The notes under the pieces are model-generated. The model was not told the origin of the DNA. It made no database searches and saw nothing but the letters and a program-made list of their open reading frames with translations. Of a DNA stretch of 64,000 nt, positions 1 through 10,316 are shown piece by piece. Position 1 is the first letter of the stretch; the number at the start of each line of letters is the position of its first letter. The stretch covers positions 1,568,001-1,632,000 of the forward strand of contig OZ241867.1 of the NCBI GenBank assembly GCA_965203175.1, written 5' to 3'. The DNA is from Candidatus Latescibacterota bacterium. Lineage in GTDB: Bacteria > Latescibacterota > UBA2968 > UBA8231. Both the position numbers and the translations under genes were made by a program.

Positions 1-450
1 GTACCCGCGCTCTTTTCTGGCTGGATGAGCTTGGTGTACATTGACGACGCGGCTCGGGGACATATTGTGGCGGCTGAAAATGGCCAGATCGGAGAGCGCT
101 ATATACTCGCGGGCACGGTCGGCAAATTGACCGAACTCGGCCGACTGGTTTGTCGCTTGGCCGGGCGCTGGTCGCCGCCGACCATTCCCGCTCCACTGGC
201 CGCGCCCTACGCGCTCGGCGGCGAGGCCCTGTCGCGCCTGACCCGCAGACCGCCGGTCCTGTCGTGGGAAACCTACCGCCTCGCCGCGCACGGCTTCCGC
301 GCCGACGGCAGCCGTGCCACCGAGGAGTTGGGCCTAGCCTACGCGGACCAAAAGGAAGGATTGACGCAGACGATCAACTGGTACTGGGAACAAGGCTTGC
401 TTAGACGCCGACCAGCCTGTTTCCGCGATTCGCAATTTGCCGACAGATGA
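1..450 (+). CDS. NAD-dependent epimerase/dehydratase (dihydroflavonol reductase/HpnA-like), C-terminal part, truncated at window start
   Basis: Frame is open from base 1. LVYIDDAARGHIVAAENGQIGERYIL and 'DGSRATEELG' match the extended-SDR C-terminus. Confidence 0.75.
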   Translation, partial: VPALFSGWMSLVYIDDAARGHIVAAENGQIGERYILAGTVGKLTELGRLVCRLAGRWSPPTIPAPLAAPYALGGEALSRLTRRPPVLSWETYRLAAHGFRADGSRATEELGLAYADQKEGLTQTINWYWEQGLLRRRPACFRDSQFADR

Positions 451-1523
451 GAGCTGAATTGCCCATACCGCTCCCGCGGATCACTTGGCGGGGTGTCGCC
501 CTGGCCAGCGTGGGCTGGATCCTCTACTCCCTCGCCTTCGCCACGTATTATGCACAGATGGTGCAAATCTCCTTCCCGATGGCAGTTTTCCACCAACTCC
601 ACGGCAACGCGATACTGGCCCTGCTCAGCATTCCCGTCTGGCTTTTGACGGTCCGCCGGATGGATCGGATGGGCTGGGGTTGGAAAATCGCCGTTCACGC
701 GCTCATCGCCCCTCTTTATGCGGTATGCGGCTTTGAAGCAATTGTTTGGTGGGTCCAGCTAATGGCTGGGACGACTGGGGCTCAGCAGATGCGCAACTTC
801 ACCCAATGGACCCTGCTGGGCTTTTTCTTTGTTTACCTTGTGCAGTTTTCCTTTTACCACACCGTGCGTTCGGCCCAGAAGCTACGCTGGCGCGAGCGAC
901 AGGCCGCCGAATTGCTCGCTCTCACCCGCGAGCAAGAACTGGCCATTCTCAAAGCCCAACTCAATCCCCACTTTCTCTTTAATACCCTCAACGGCATCAG
1001 TGCAATGGTCTCCCGCGATCCAGAGGAGGCGCGCCGCATGATCGCCCGCCTGGCCGAACTCCTGCGCTACGCCACCGACAGCTCCGAACAACCGCTGGTC
1101 CCATTGCGCGAAGAAGTAGCGTTTACCCAAGCCTATGTGCAGTTAGAGCAGAAACGCCTAGCCGAACGGCTAAGCGTCGAACTAGACATCGACTCCGAAG
1201 CCCTCGACGCTCCCATACCGCCAATGATCCTCCAAGCTCTAGTGGAAAACGCCATCAAGCACGGCATTGCTCCCGCGCCGGAAGGGGGCAAACTGCTCGT
1301 CCAGATTCGGGCTGCTAAGGAGCTTTTGCGGATCGTCGTGCGCGATACGGGGATCGGTGTAAACGGCCGGTCGCTGGAGGAGTTGAAAGCGCTGGGAACC
1401 GGCTTGAAAAACAGCGATGAACGCCTGCTACATCTCTTTGGCGAAGAGGCTCAGCTCAGGTTACAGACGCCTGCTGACGGCGGTTTCCAAGTCGATTTTT
1501 CCCTGCCCTTGGAGCCGCAGTAA
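447..1523 (+). CDS. LytS/YehU-family membrane sensor histidine kinase
   Basis: N-terminal TM helices; LKAQLNPHFLFNTLN H-box; LVENAIKHG, DTGIG and GTGL ATPase motifs. Confidence 0.92.
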   Translation: MRAELPIPLPRITWRGVALASVGWILYSLAFATYYAQMVQISFPMAVFHQLHGNAILALLSIPVWLLTVRRMDRMGWGWKIAVHALIAPLYAVCGFEAIVWWVQLMAGTTGAQQMRNFTQWTLLGFFFVYLVQFSFYHTVRSAQKLRWRERQAAELLALTREQELAILKAQLNPHFLFNTLNGISAMVSRDPEEARRMIARLAELLRYATDSSEQPLVPLREEVAFTQAYVQLEQKRLAERLSVELDIDSEALDAPIPPMILQALVENAIKHGIAPAPEGGKLLVQIRAAKELLRIVVRDTGIGVNGRSLEELKALGTGLKNSDERLLHLFGEEAQLRLQTPADGGFQVDFSLPLEPQ

Positions 1524-2245
1524 TGAGAGCCCTCATCGTCGACGACGAACCCCTTGCCCGCCAGTTGATCCGCGAATATCTGGCCGATTTCCCCCAGATC
1601 CAAGTGCTGGCCGAATGCGGCGACGGAGGAAACGCGGTAAAAACCATAAACGCCGAACGGCCCGACCTAGTCTTCCTCGATGTGCAAATGCCAGGGCTCT
1701 CTGGTTTCGAAGTCCTGGGCCACCTCGACTTCATGCCCGCCATCATTTTTTCTACCGCCTATGACAAGTTTGCTCTGCGCGCCTTTGAGATCAACGCCGT
1801 CGATTACTTGCTCAAACCCTACGCACGGGAGCGCTTCGCCCAAGCCGTACGCCGAGCATTGGAGCGCAAGGGAAGCATCAACCTCGATTCCTTCCAGGGC
1901 CTGTTGCGGCAAACGACCACCCAAGACCGCTTCCTCGTTCGCGTCGGCCGCCAGATCGTTCCGGTGGCGACGGAGGATATTCTGTGGATCGAGGCCGCCG
2001 GGGACTACGCCAAGCTGCACGCCACCGACAAAAGCCACCTGTGCGGCGCGGGGCTAGGCGATTTAGAAAAAAAGCTCGATCCGCGCCGCTTCCTGCGCGT
2101 CCACCGCTCCGCCATCGTCGCCGTAAACGCGATCGCGCACCTTGAAAGCGACGGCGAAGGCGGTTATGTCGCCACGCTTAAAAACGGTGCGCAAGTGCGG
2201 GTCAGCCGATCCCGCGCCGACCAGATACGGCACCTCATCGTCTGA
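1523..2245 (+). CDS. LytTR-family response regulator
   Basis: Receiver domain (IVDDEPLAR, FLDVQMP, YLLKP) plus LytTR (FLRVHRSAIV, VSRSR); stop/start overlap with the kinase. Confidence 0.93.
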   Translation: MRALIVDDEPLARQLIREYLADFPQIQVLAECGDGGNAVKTINAERPDLVFLDVQMPGLSGFEVLGHLDFMPAIIFSTAYDKFALRAFEINAVDYLLKPYARERFAQAVRRALERKGSINLDSFQGLLRQTTTQDRFLVRVGRQIVPVATEDILWIEAAGDYAKLHATDKSHLCGAGLGDLEKKLDPRRFLRVHRSAIVAVNAIAHLESDGEGGYVATLKNGAQVRVSRSRADQIRHLIV

Positions 2246-2273
2246 CATTTTTCTCGTCGAGCCTCGCCAAAAA

Positions 2274-4289
2274 TTAGTCAGCCAAATACACCACGCTCAG
2301 CCCATAGACGATCAAACTCGGCACCTCAAAATACACTCGTCCGGCGCGCCTGTGATGCGGCAAAACCACGGCCTCCTCTCGCTCCGGATAGAGCCATTCA
2401 ACCCGCTCCACCCTTTGCCCTTCCGGTACCGCCAGCCTCACCTGCAGCGGCCCGACGGGCTGCGGCACCTCGATATCGCTGCTCTCATCCTGGCGATAGT
2501 TGACCCAGTGCAAGACCACTGCCTCGATTCCGTCCGGTCGCCAAGCCCGCACCCGCACGAACCACGGCGCGTCCGTCTCCAGCCACGCCGCCCCGAGCAA
2601 ATCCTTCAAGCCCTTGAGGAATTGCCGTCCCAACGCGTCCCGCTGGGCCACCGGATAGACCGGAACCTCCTGCTCGGGGCGCAGCGCCACTTTTTCCGGC
2701 CCCCATGTCCGTTTGCCCAAGTACTGCACCCCTGCCGGTGCCTCGCTCCGCCAGTCGGCCAACAAGCCCGCTGCATGCGGCGTCCCGTCCACATCCAAAT
2801 CCCCAGTCGCACCGGCGAACACCACCTTGCCGCCGTCGGCCACATAGCGCCGCAAAAAAGCACCCTCGGCCGCTGTCAGACGCTCGATTCCGGGCAGCAC
2901 CAGCGCCGCGTACCCATCGCCCTTGGCCACCAATTGGGCCTCCAAGAGCATGTCGAACAACACGTGGCCATCCTCCATATAGCGCCCCAATTGCTTGAGC
3001 GGCTCCACGCAGTCCGCCTCCTGCTCCAGCTCGGCCCGGCGCGGGTACACCAAGCCCACCTGCGACCAAGGACGGGCCGGATGGATCAATTCCTGGTGAT
3101 CGGCCAAAAAACGCTGATAGCGACACACCGGCCCCATGTAATCGTCCAGGGCGTAATCGCTATTGGCGTCCTGGCCCCAGTGAAAGGCCAGTGCCGCGCT
3201 GTGGTTGGCTCCCGCCTCGGCGATGGACAGGCGCAAACGGTGGCCGTCGTACTTGTTGAGGACCATGGGCTTGCCCCCACTCATGGCGTACGCATAGCGC
3301 GCTGACAAGCCCGTATCGCCCAGGTGCCCCTGGGCCACATTGCTGAAGTTCTTGTTGCCGCCCTGGCTGTACCAGATATAATCCTCGCCCCGGGCCCAAT
3401 CCTCATCCGGCAACAGACAGCGCTCGTCCCAGGCCGACAGCTCGTATTTGTGGTACCACTGGGCCAGTAGCAAATCCGGCTTGAGGGCGCGGCCGTAGTC
3501 CACGAACAACTCGTCGAAGAATTCCTTGCGCCGCCGGTACACCAACTGAGCCAGCAAGCGCTCGATCCGCTGGCGCAAATCTCGCGGTGCCGCAGCGCGC
3601 ACGGCTATAGGGGCGCTGTATTCGGCCGTGGCCGGCGGCCCGGCTGGATCGAGCCCGCGCTGCAGTTCGTCGTCGCTGAATTCCTGGGCCAAATGCTCCA
3701 TCAAATAGTGGCGGCAATGGGCGCACTGGCAGAATTGCTCGAAGTTGTGGTGCGCATTAAAGCCGTCCATGCCCAGTTCAATGGCCTTTTTGACCATGGG
3801 CTTCAACAAAGCCAGCCAATGGGGATTGCACATACACCCGCTATAAGTCCGGTACGGCCTACCCTCTATGGGCCAGCAGCGCAGTTTTCCGCCGACTGTG
3901 CGCTGTAGGGCCGCAGCCACCTCATCGCAGGGGGGCGGTCCCAATAAATCCTCGGTCCAGATCCGCGCCCAATTGCCAAACAGCCCCTTGCCCGTCTCGT
4001 GATCGCCATAGATCCAGCCCATGCTCAACTGCCCCACCACCTTAGCTCCAGCCTCTTGGACGCGCGGGATGAGATCGCCAGCCAGGGCCAGATTCTCCTC
4101 AATGCCAATGCGGGGCATGCCCGCCCAACTGCGCTCGATCTCTGCATCGTCGGCTAGGCCGTAGAACATGGGGCCGTACGTCCCCATCTGCACCAACTGC
4201 ACCCGACCCCGCCGCACGTGCTCGACCAAATCTAGCCGCTGCGGCACCGTCCAGTGCTCGGCCATCCTGTTAAACCAGAATTCCGCCAT
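2274..4289 (-). CDS. Hypothetical glycoside-hydrolase-like protein (TIM barrel + GH42-type trimerisation domain)
   Basis: Long ORF; ATG at 4289 with GAGG RBS; CMCNP.W, CQCAHC motif, then 'VGLVYP...YAALVLPGIERL...RYVADGGKVV'. Confidence 0.5.
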   Translation of the reverse strand: MAEFWFNRMAEHWTVPQRLDLVEHVRRGRVQLVQMGTYGPMFYGLADDAEIERSWAGMPRIGIEENLALAGDLIPRVQEAGAKVVGQLSMGWIYGDHETGKGLFGNWARIWTEDLLGPPPCDEVAAALQRTVGGKLRCWPIEGRPYRTYSGCMCNPHWLALLKPMVKKAIELGMDGFNAHHNFEQFCQCAHCRHYLMEHLAQEFSDDELQRGLDPAGPPATAEYSAPIAVRAAAPRDLRQRIERLLAQLVYRRRKEFFDELFVDYGRALKPDLLLAQWYHKYELSAWDERCLLPDEDWARGEDYIWYSQGGNKNFSNVAQGHLGDTGLSARYAYAMSGGKPMVLNKYDGHRLRLSIAEAGANHSAALAFHWGQDANSDYALDDYMGPVCRYQRFLADHQELIHPARPWSQVGLVYPRRAELEQEADCVEPLKQLGRYMEDGHVLFDMLLEAQLVAKGDGYAALVLPGIERLTAAEGAFLRRYVADGGKVVFAGATGDLDVDGTPHAAGLLADWRSEAPAGVQYLGKRTWGPEKVALRPEQEVPVYPVAQRDALGRQFLKGLKDLLGAAWLETDAPWFVRVRAWRPDGIEAVVLHWVNYRQDESSDIEVPQPVGPLQVRLAVPEGQRVERVEWLYPEREEAVVLPHHRRAGRVYFEVPSLIVYGLSVVYLAD

Positions 4290-4341
4290 TCTATTTCCTC
4301 TGTGCCGTGCCCGGCTCGGAAGGGTGCCTCGGCATAGCGGC

Positions 4342-5784
4342 TTACCGCAGTAGCAGCATCCGTCGAACGAACGCGTTCTGGCCAACTAGGAGGCGGGCTA
4401 CGTAGACCCCGCTCGCCAGGGGCACTCCTCTGTTATTCACTCCTGACCAGCGGACCAAATGCTCTCCCGCTGATCGACCCTCGTCCAGCAGAGTCGCCAC
4501 GCGCTGTCCCGTAATGTTGTAGATGCTCAGACGAACGTGCGCTGGCGTTGGGACGCTGTAGCGCAAGGCAGTGACTGCATTGAAGGGGTTGGGGTAGTTC
4601 GCCAGCGAGATCGCTGTGGGAGTGGCATCGCGCTCGTCGGCAATCGCCGTCTCCATTGGTGCCAGTGGTTCAAAGCTGAAAGAGGTGACGACAACCTCGA
4701 CGTCGCGACCATCGGCCGGTGCCTCTCCATTCAGGAGCCACAGATTCATCCGCACTTGCTCGGCTCCGGTTTCCGGGACGCGATCTCCATGGAAAGACCA
4801 GCGCTGCTCAATGGACTCGCCGGTTCCTTGGGCGATGCTCGCGAAGTCAATGCGGCCTGGCACCCAGGTGAAGGCATGGATCGATTCGCGATCTCCGTAG
4901 CGGGCATCGAATTGGTAGCGATGCCCCGGGAGCGTGTATGGCTGAACGGCGAACTGAGCATTCGGCCCGCCGGCAACTCCCCAGTAGGACAGCTCAATGT
5001 CTATCTCGCGATAACTCTGCTGGGACGCCAAGTCGTCCCACGTGAAGAACCCGAACACTACGCGGGGATCGAACTCCTCGGCGGCAGCGCGCAGCGCAAT
5101 GCGATAGGTCCCGTAGCCAAAGGTCTTGTCGGAGATGACTTCGGTCGCCTGCCAGCCCTCTGCGCGCTGCGCCAGTGTGAGATGGAGACCCTCTCCATCG
5201 ACCCAAACAGCATCGCCTCCGTCGGTGAAGTGATTGGGGCCAGGACCCAAGGGAGCGGAACCGGTCTTTACGTGCCACTGGAGGCCAGCAAAGTCGATGC
5301 GTCGACGATAGGTGCGTACCACCTGAGCCCTGTCGAGAACAGATTGAGACAACGCGGTCGGAAACTCACTCTCACCTCGCATCAGGGGAGGAGAGTCGTC
5401 GGCAGAGATCAGAAACGCGACAATGCGGGTCGCCTCGTGGTCGAGTCCCCCGGTGGTGATATCGCACGTCCAAGTGCCGTCCGGTTCAATGACGGTTGCC
5501 GGTTCGGCGAACGTCGGCTTGGTCCACCAACCACCGCCAACGTGGATGTAGACGGCCACCCGATGGGCCGCGGGCTCGACCTCATGTACTCTTCCTCCGA
5601 GAAGGAGCTCCCTATCTCCCCAAACCGGGATCTCCGTCACCGCAATCGCCTGCCCCTGCTGAACCCTAAGAGAGGGATGCTCTGGAGGTGCTGGTGCTGC
5701 GACGCGAACCAAAGCCAGAACCAGAATGCCAACTTGAAAGACGGCAATGCGCAACAGAGGGTTGTAGGCTGTTTTGCGCTTCAT
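4342..5784 (-). CDS. Secreted GH16-family glycoside hydrolase with C-terminal FlgD-Ig/T9SS-like domain
   Basis: Signal-like N-terminus; FGYGTY and EIDIE catalytic motif; C-terminal LANYPNPFN...IYNITGQRVATL...LASGVY. Confidence 0.75.
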   Translation of the reverse strand: MKRKTAYNPLLRIAVFQVGILVLALVRVAAPAPPEHPSLRVQQGQAIAVTEIPVWGDRELLLGGRVHEVEPAAHRVAVYIHVGGGWWTKPTFAEPATVIEPDGTWTCDITTGGLDHEATRIVAFLISADDSPPLMRGESEFPTALSQSVLDRAQVVRTYRRRIDFAGLQWHVKTGSAPLGPGPNHFTDGGDAVWVDGEGLHLTLAQRAEGWQATEVISDKTFGYGTYRIALRAAAEEFDPRVVFGFFTWDDLASQQSYREIDIELSYWGVAGGPNAQFAVQPYTLPGHRYQFDARYGDRESIHAFTWVPGRIDFASIAQGTGESIEQRWSFHGDRVPETGAEQVRMNLWLLNGEAPADGRDVEVVVTSFSFEPLAPMETAIADERDATPTAISLANYPNPFNAVTALRYSVPTPAHVRLSIYNITGQRVATLLDEGRSAGEHLVRWSGVNNRGVPLASGVYVARLLVGQNAFVRRMLLLR

Positions 5785-5800
5785 ATTGCACCGAGGCCGA

Positions 5801-8090
5801 ATTCCGTCAGAGCAGGCGTGCAAAAGCTGGCCTAACGGCTCCCGTCGGCACCGCGCAGTGCCTCGATGCGCCATGCGAACTCTTCCTCCAGCTGGGAGTC
5901 GCTTCTCCCTCCCAGTTTGACAAACTGGATATAGCCGTCGCCATCGACAAACCAAGTCGTGGGCCAACCCTTGATGTCGGCCGTTTGCACGTATCCGTCG
6001 TCCATTAATACGGTGAAATCGTATTCGTTCTCTACCATGTACTTATCGACCTCGTCGCGCGACTTGTCGTTGCTGATGGAAATCACTTCTACTTCGGGAT
6101 CGTCGAGATAGCGCGCGTGGAACTTCTGATACTCGGGCAGCTCTGCAACACAGGGGCCACACCAAGTCCCCCAAAAGTGAAGAACGGCAATCTTGCCCTT
6201 CAGATCGGCAGAATCGACGAGTTCTCCGTCGAGCTTGGGGAGGGCGAACGGTTCGTAGGTGCGAGCCGTATCGAGCCGTGATTCCAAAATCCGCTCGCGT
6301 CTTCGGGACCTTTCCCGCTCGCTAAACACGGCGAGATACTCGTCGAGCCCTTCGCGCGAGCCGTGCCGGCGCTCGTACAGCGCTTCTAGCGCCTCTTGGC
6401 AGGGATTTTCACCCCAACTTCTGGCCTCAAAACCGGCGATGTAGGACTCCTCAGCCTTGTCGAGCCAGTTGCGGACTGCCTCGGCTACATCCCGAGTCTC
6501 CTCCTCAGTCCTCAAAACGATGGTCTTGGAATCTCGCTCTTGAAGAGCCGCCTCGGCCTCGGTCGCCATGTGCTCGAACACTTGGCCTAAATGGTAGAGA
6601 GCACTGGCGTTTCTCTCCGAGAGCTTCAGCGCCTGCTCGATCTCGTTGCGGCCTTCCTCAATACGACCTGCCTTGTAGCTAGCCCACCCGATGGCGTCGT
6701 GGACGAGGCTCAAGTAGTAGTTAAGGCGACCCTCTTTCCACTCTTCCTCTTCGGCCCTATCCATTATGGCTTGTATGCCACTCCGAGCGAGTTCGGCCGC
6801 CTCTTCGGCGTATGGCGTGTGGTCGGCCATCGAGATAGGAGCTATGGCGTACGTTAGGTGCGGGTTGTCTCGCTCGTAGCGGACCAAGCCGCGAACCGCA
6901 TCGGCGAGCTCCTCGGCCGGAACCGGCTTCATGGCTTCGAGGGTTTCGAAGAGCGTTAGGTACGCCCGCTCGCGTAAGCTATCGTCGTAGAGGGGTTTCT
7001 CTAAGAACCGAGAGACCGCATCGCGGACGAGGCGGAGTTGGTCGCGGTACTCCTGCGAGTCCTCGCCATGCTCGCGCTCGATGCGGTCAAGCTCGGGCTG
7101 TAATCGTTGGTACTCTTGCTGGTAGACCCACGACGCCTGTCTACTCTCGGGAGCCAGCGCCAGCAGCTTCGCTTCAAACTCCGCCGCTTTCTCTTCGTCC
7201 TCTAGGAAGTCGCTATAGACCGTGGCGAGCATGGTTAGGCCGTGTACAGCCTCCGGCACGGCCTTCCGGTACTCGGCAATGCCAGCCTCAATGGCGGGGC
7301 GTCGTTCCTCGGCGGGGAGCAGATCCGTCTCATTGAGAATCTTCCAATGCCAGTAGCGCACATCGGCAGAGCCCGGGGCGAGGCGCACCGCTTCTTCGAT
7401 CATAGCGAGTGCCTCCTGTGGCTTATTGGCCCGGTATAGATATTCCGCGGCGCGCCGGTAGCCGCTGACGTGATCGGGCCAACGCTCTCGCAGCAGGGCC
7501 AAGGTAGCAAGACTCGTATCCGCATAGGCGGGATCCTCTAGTGCGTAACGTGCCCAGTACTCGAGTTCCGCGCGGGCATGGAGGACCTCGGGATGGTGGA
7601 GTGTCGCCTCATCCACTGAGTCCAGAAATGCCAGCCCCTCTTCCACGCTTTTAGACTTAAGCGCCTGAAGATGCGTCGCGGCGAACTCCGGATGGGGCAG
7701 CAGCCTCCAAGCGCGCAGGCTGGGCACAGCCGCCTCGGAATGTTTCCAGTCTGCCAGAAACGCTAGCGCCTGTGCGTAGAGTCCCCACGGGTTATCCGGC
7801 TCCCGTTCCAAGATCGCGTCGGCTTGCTCTTGGATCTCTTTATGCCCGTAGATCTGCCCGTGCAACTGACGCGCGTAGAGCGCCCGTAACTCAGCGTTCT
7901 CGGGCGCGCGGTCCAACCATTTCCGGGCGAGTATAGCTCCCGCTTCGAACGACCACAGCCGATTATGCACCCGCAGCTTCGCTTTCGCTGCTTCCAGCTC
8001 TTGGGACGAGTAGTGCCGCTCGGTTCCGCAGCTAGCACAGACGACGAGAACGACTAGGGAACCGGAGATCAAACGGATTGGGAATTGATA
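5801..8090. repeat. Diverged direct duplicate of 11989-14300 (gene plus about 30 nt downstream)
   Basis: Long collinear nucleotide similarity, e.g. ctaacggctcccgtcggcaccgcgcag at 5832 and 12021, and attccgtcaga at 5801 and 11989. Confidence 0.9.
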
Positions 8091-8096
8091 TAACAC
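5832..8096 (-). CDS. TPR-repeat lipoprotein with C-terminal TlpA/ResA-like thioredoxin domain (copy 1, WCGPC)
   Basis: GTG start at 8096 with GGGAGG RBS; lipobox-like VCASC; TPR-like helices; FWGTWCGPC and GWPTT (cis-Pro). Confidence 0.85.
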   Translation of the reverse strand: MLYQFPIRLISGSLVVLVVCASCGTERHYSSQELEAAKAKLRVHNRLWSFEAGAILARKWLDRAPENAELRALYARQLHGQIYGHKEIQEQADAILEREPDNPWGLYAQALAFLADWKHSEAAVPSLRAWRLLPHPEFAATHLQALKSKSVEEGLAFLDSVDEATLHHPEVLHARAELEYWARYALEDPAYADTSLATLALLRERWPDHVSGYRRAAEYLYRANKPQEALAMIEEAVRLAPGSADVRYWHWKILNETDLLPAEERRPAIEAGIAEYRKAVPEAVHGLTMLATVYSDFLEDEEKAAEFEAKLLALAPESRQASWVYQQEYQRLQPELDRIEREHGEDSQEYRDQLRLVRDAVSRFLEKPLYDDSLRERAYLTLFETLEAMKPVPAEELADAVRGLVRYERDNPHLTYAIAPISMADHTPYAEEAAELARSGIQAIMDRAEEEEWKEGRLNYYLSLVHDAIGWASYKAGRIEEGRNEIEQALKLSERNASALYHLGQVFEHMATEAEAALQERDSKTIVLRTEEETRDVAEAVRNWLDKAEESYIAGFEARSWGENPCQEALEALYERRHGSREGLDEYLAVFSERERSRRRERILESRLDTARTYEPFALPKLDGELVDSADLKGKIAVLHFWGTWCGPCVAELPEYQKFHARYLDDPEVEVISISNDKSRDEVDKYMVENEYDFTVLMDDGYVQTADIKGWPTTWFVDGDGYIQFVKLGGRSDSQLEEEFAWRIEALRGADGSR

Positions 8097-8209
8097 AGAG
8101 TCCCTCCCATTAACGGAATCATCGACCCTCCCCTTCAATCGCCTAAAAAGCGCCGCCATTCTATCATTCTATCTAGAATAAACATTCTAAATCTAGTTCC
8201 CAGCCCGCC

Positions 8210-8241
8210 GTCAATCGACCAGACCCCAGAGACGCTGCCGC
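8210..8241 (-). repeat. 32-bp exact copy of the 3' end of the PhyH gene at 15423-15454 (gene-end remnant)
   Basis: gtcaatcgaccagaccccagagacgctgccgc occurs at both positions and encodes RQRLWGLVD-stop on the minus strand. Confidence 0.85.
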
Positions 8242-9030
8242 TCATCCATCCTCCGCCGACTCCGACAGCTCGGCGGTAACCGGCTCGAACTGGCGTGCCA
8301 CCACCCAATCAGGACGGGGGTTGGCGACGCCGCTCGGTACGTTGTCGATGGCGGCGAAGGCGTAGATCAGACTGTAGCGCTGCGCGGGTGAGAAGTTGTG
8401 GTTCGAGCCGTGCACGATCCGGCAGTCGAAGAAACAGACGTCGCCAGCGTCGCCCTCGATCGGAATGATCATCGACTCATCGGTGATGTACTCGCGCAGC
8501 GCCTCCGGCGTGATGCACCACTGCTTGTAGCTGGTGGTAACCTCGTCGCTGTAGTGGTCCAGCACGCCCCAGTGATGTGAACCCTTCACCAGCGCGATAC
8601 TACCGTTGTTGCGCGTGTTCGGACCCAACATGACCAGCGCAGAGGCCAACCGATCGTCGACGCCGTCATAGCGCCAGTAGCCGTAGTCCTGGTGCCAGAG
8701 CCACACAGTGCCTTCGAATGACTCCTTGTAGTTCAGCTTGCTGTGGAAGATGTAGGCGTCGCTCCCGAAGACCTGCTTGATCGGCCCGGCGATCGGCTCC
8801 GAGCGGCACAGCTCGCGGAACGGCTGCACATTGCGGTGCATGCAGAACACCGAGCGCACCGGGCCGCTCTTCTCGCGCACCACGTGCACCTCCGGCGGGT
8901 TGTCGGCCTGCTCAGACATCATCTCGTCGGCCGCCGAGCGCAATCGCTCGATCTGATCCGGTGGGATCAGTCCGCGCTGTATCAGAAACCCCTGCTCGCG
9001 ATAGGTGGTCAATTGTCCTTTGGTCCACAT
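8242..9030 (-). CDS. Fe(II)/2-oxoglutarate dioxygenase, PhyH family (ectoine/proline hydroxylase-like)
   Basis: HSKLNYK...WLWHQDYGYW, GSH, GDVCFFD...VHGS, R for 2OG binding. Confidence 0.85.
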   Translation of the reverse strand: MWTKGQLTTYREQGFLIQRGLIPPDQIERLRSAADEMMSEQADNPPEVHVVREKSGPVRSVFCMHRNVQPFRELCRSEPIAGPIKQVFGSDAYIFHSKLNYKESFEGTVWLWHQDYGYWRYDGVDDRLASALVMLGPNTRNNGSIALVKGSHHWGVLDHYSDEVTTSYKQWCITPEALREYITDESMIIPIEGDAGDVCFFDCRIVHGSNHNFSPAQRYSLIYAFAAIDNVPSGVANPRPDWVVARQFEPVTAELSESAEDG

Positions 9031-9058
9031 GGGCGTTCAGCCTCCTTCAATGGTCGAT

Positions 9059-10138
9059 CTATACCCGGTAGCGCTCGACCGCGTCCAGGTCCAGGTCCGC
9101 ACCCAAGCCGGGTTTGTTCGGAATTATCACCTGGCCATTCTCTATCTTCAGGGGCTCCTGCAGCAGCTGGTGCTCGAGCAGCAGGAAGAGGGAGACGTGG
9201 GCAAGCGTGGCGTTGGGGATGGCCGCGGCCATGTGCAGCATGAAGAGCACGGAAATCCCCGTAGCTTCGGTGCCCAACTGCATCCAGAAAGGTTTGTTCC
9301 GGGCAGCGCAGATATGGGCGTTGCGCATGGTGTTGGCAACTCTGGCACCTAAAATGAAGTAGTCGTACACGTCCGAATGCAGGGCATCGATGGGTTCGGG
9401 GTTGCCCATGTGGTGCGCCAGGGGGTAACCCAGTTTCCGCTTGAGGGTCCGGTAGCCTTCGATATCGCCCTGGGGAATGGGGGATTCCAGGCAGTGGACT
9501 TGAGGATATCTCTTCAACTCCCTGCCGACCGCGAGGGCGCGTTCGAGCGTGCCGAAGGTCTGGTTGGCATCGATGGTGAGCTCGTAGTCTTCCGGGGTTA
9601 CTTCCGCTATCGCGGCTACCTGTTCCACCACGTCGGTGTGGGCGCGGCGCTTGAACTTGTGCACCTTGAAACCCATCTCCAAGGCGATTTTCGCTTCTTG
9701 CTGCATCGTCTCGGGTGGAAAGCATTGCGACCAGTAGGCCAGAGGCGCACTCTCCCGGCTCGGGCCCAAGAGCCGGGCGATGGGCAGACCGAGAAACTGG
9801 CCCATGAGATCGTAGAAGGCCATCTGCAAGGGACCGGGGCTATCGTCCATGATGAACTCGAAAGGACTGCGGCCCACATAAGTCTGAAGCTGATCGTCCG
9901 GAAGGGCCACCCCTTCGCCCAGCCCGATCAGGCCTTCGTCGGTGTGTACCCAGTAGAGGGAGTCCTGCACCGAGGGAGGCAACGATTCCCTCCACTGCTG
10001 ATGAAACTCGTCTTTCCTTTCCTCGAATTCCTCGTCCGTGGCGCGGTTGCCCAGGTTCCAGCCTTTTCTCAGGTGCTCGCGGACCCGCTCCTTGTAGGGC
10101 AGGTCCAAGGCGACGCGTTCTATTCTGGTGATTCTCAT
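9059..10138 (-). CDS. Mandelate racemase/muconate lactonizing enzyme (enolase superfamily)
   Basis: HTDEGLIGLGE, YDLMGQ, KxK (HKFK), IDANQ, LESP, PGLGADLD. Confidence 0.88.
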   Translation of the reverse strand: MRITRIERVALDLPYKERVREHLRKGWNLGNRATDEEFEERKDEFHQQWRESLPPSVQDSLYWVHTDEGLIGLGEGVALPDDQLQTYVGRSPFEFIMDDSPGPLQMAFYDLMGQFLGLPIARLLGPSRESAPLAYWSQCFPPETMQQEAKIALEMGFKVHKFKRRAHTDVVEQVAAIAEVTPEDYELTIDANQTFGTLERALAVGRELKRYPQVHCLESPIPQGDIEGYRTLKRKLGYPLAHHMGNPEPIDALHSDVYDYFILGARVANTMRNAHICAARNKPFWMQLGTEATGISVLFMLHMAAAIPNATLAHVSLFLLLEHQLLQEPLKIENGQVIIPNKPGLGADLDLDAVERYRV

Positions 10139-10316
10139 GGTTCCTTCCTAGCGAAACTTACTTACCGCGCTAGCAGCATTCGTCGAGGTTGTTTTTTTAG
10201 GTATTTTTGATTCCGACACGCTTTTTTTTATTTTCCTGAAATGTTAATAAAATAGCTGGCGGTATCGGAAGTATAAACGGGCATTTGAATCTTGGTCAAC
10301 CCCAATTGGGAGGAAC

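Noticed and set aside
2142-5835. Long plus-strand ORFs 2142-3305 and 4537-5835
   Set aside because: Antisense shadows of well-supported minus-strand genes, typical of high-GC DNA, with no motifs.
8242-9030. Assigning ectD
   Set aside because: The EctD signature (FxWHSDFETWH) is not matched exactly (WLWHQDYGYW), and there are no ectABC genes.
10139-10316. Poly-T tracts as phase-variation sites
   Set aside because: Short T runs in an AT-rich divergent promoter region are ordinary; there is no evidence of slippage.
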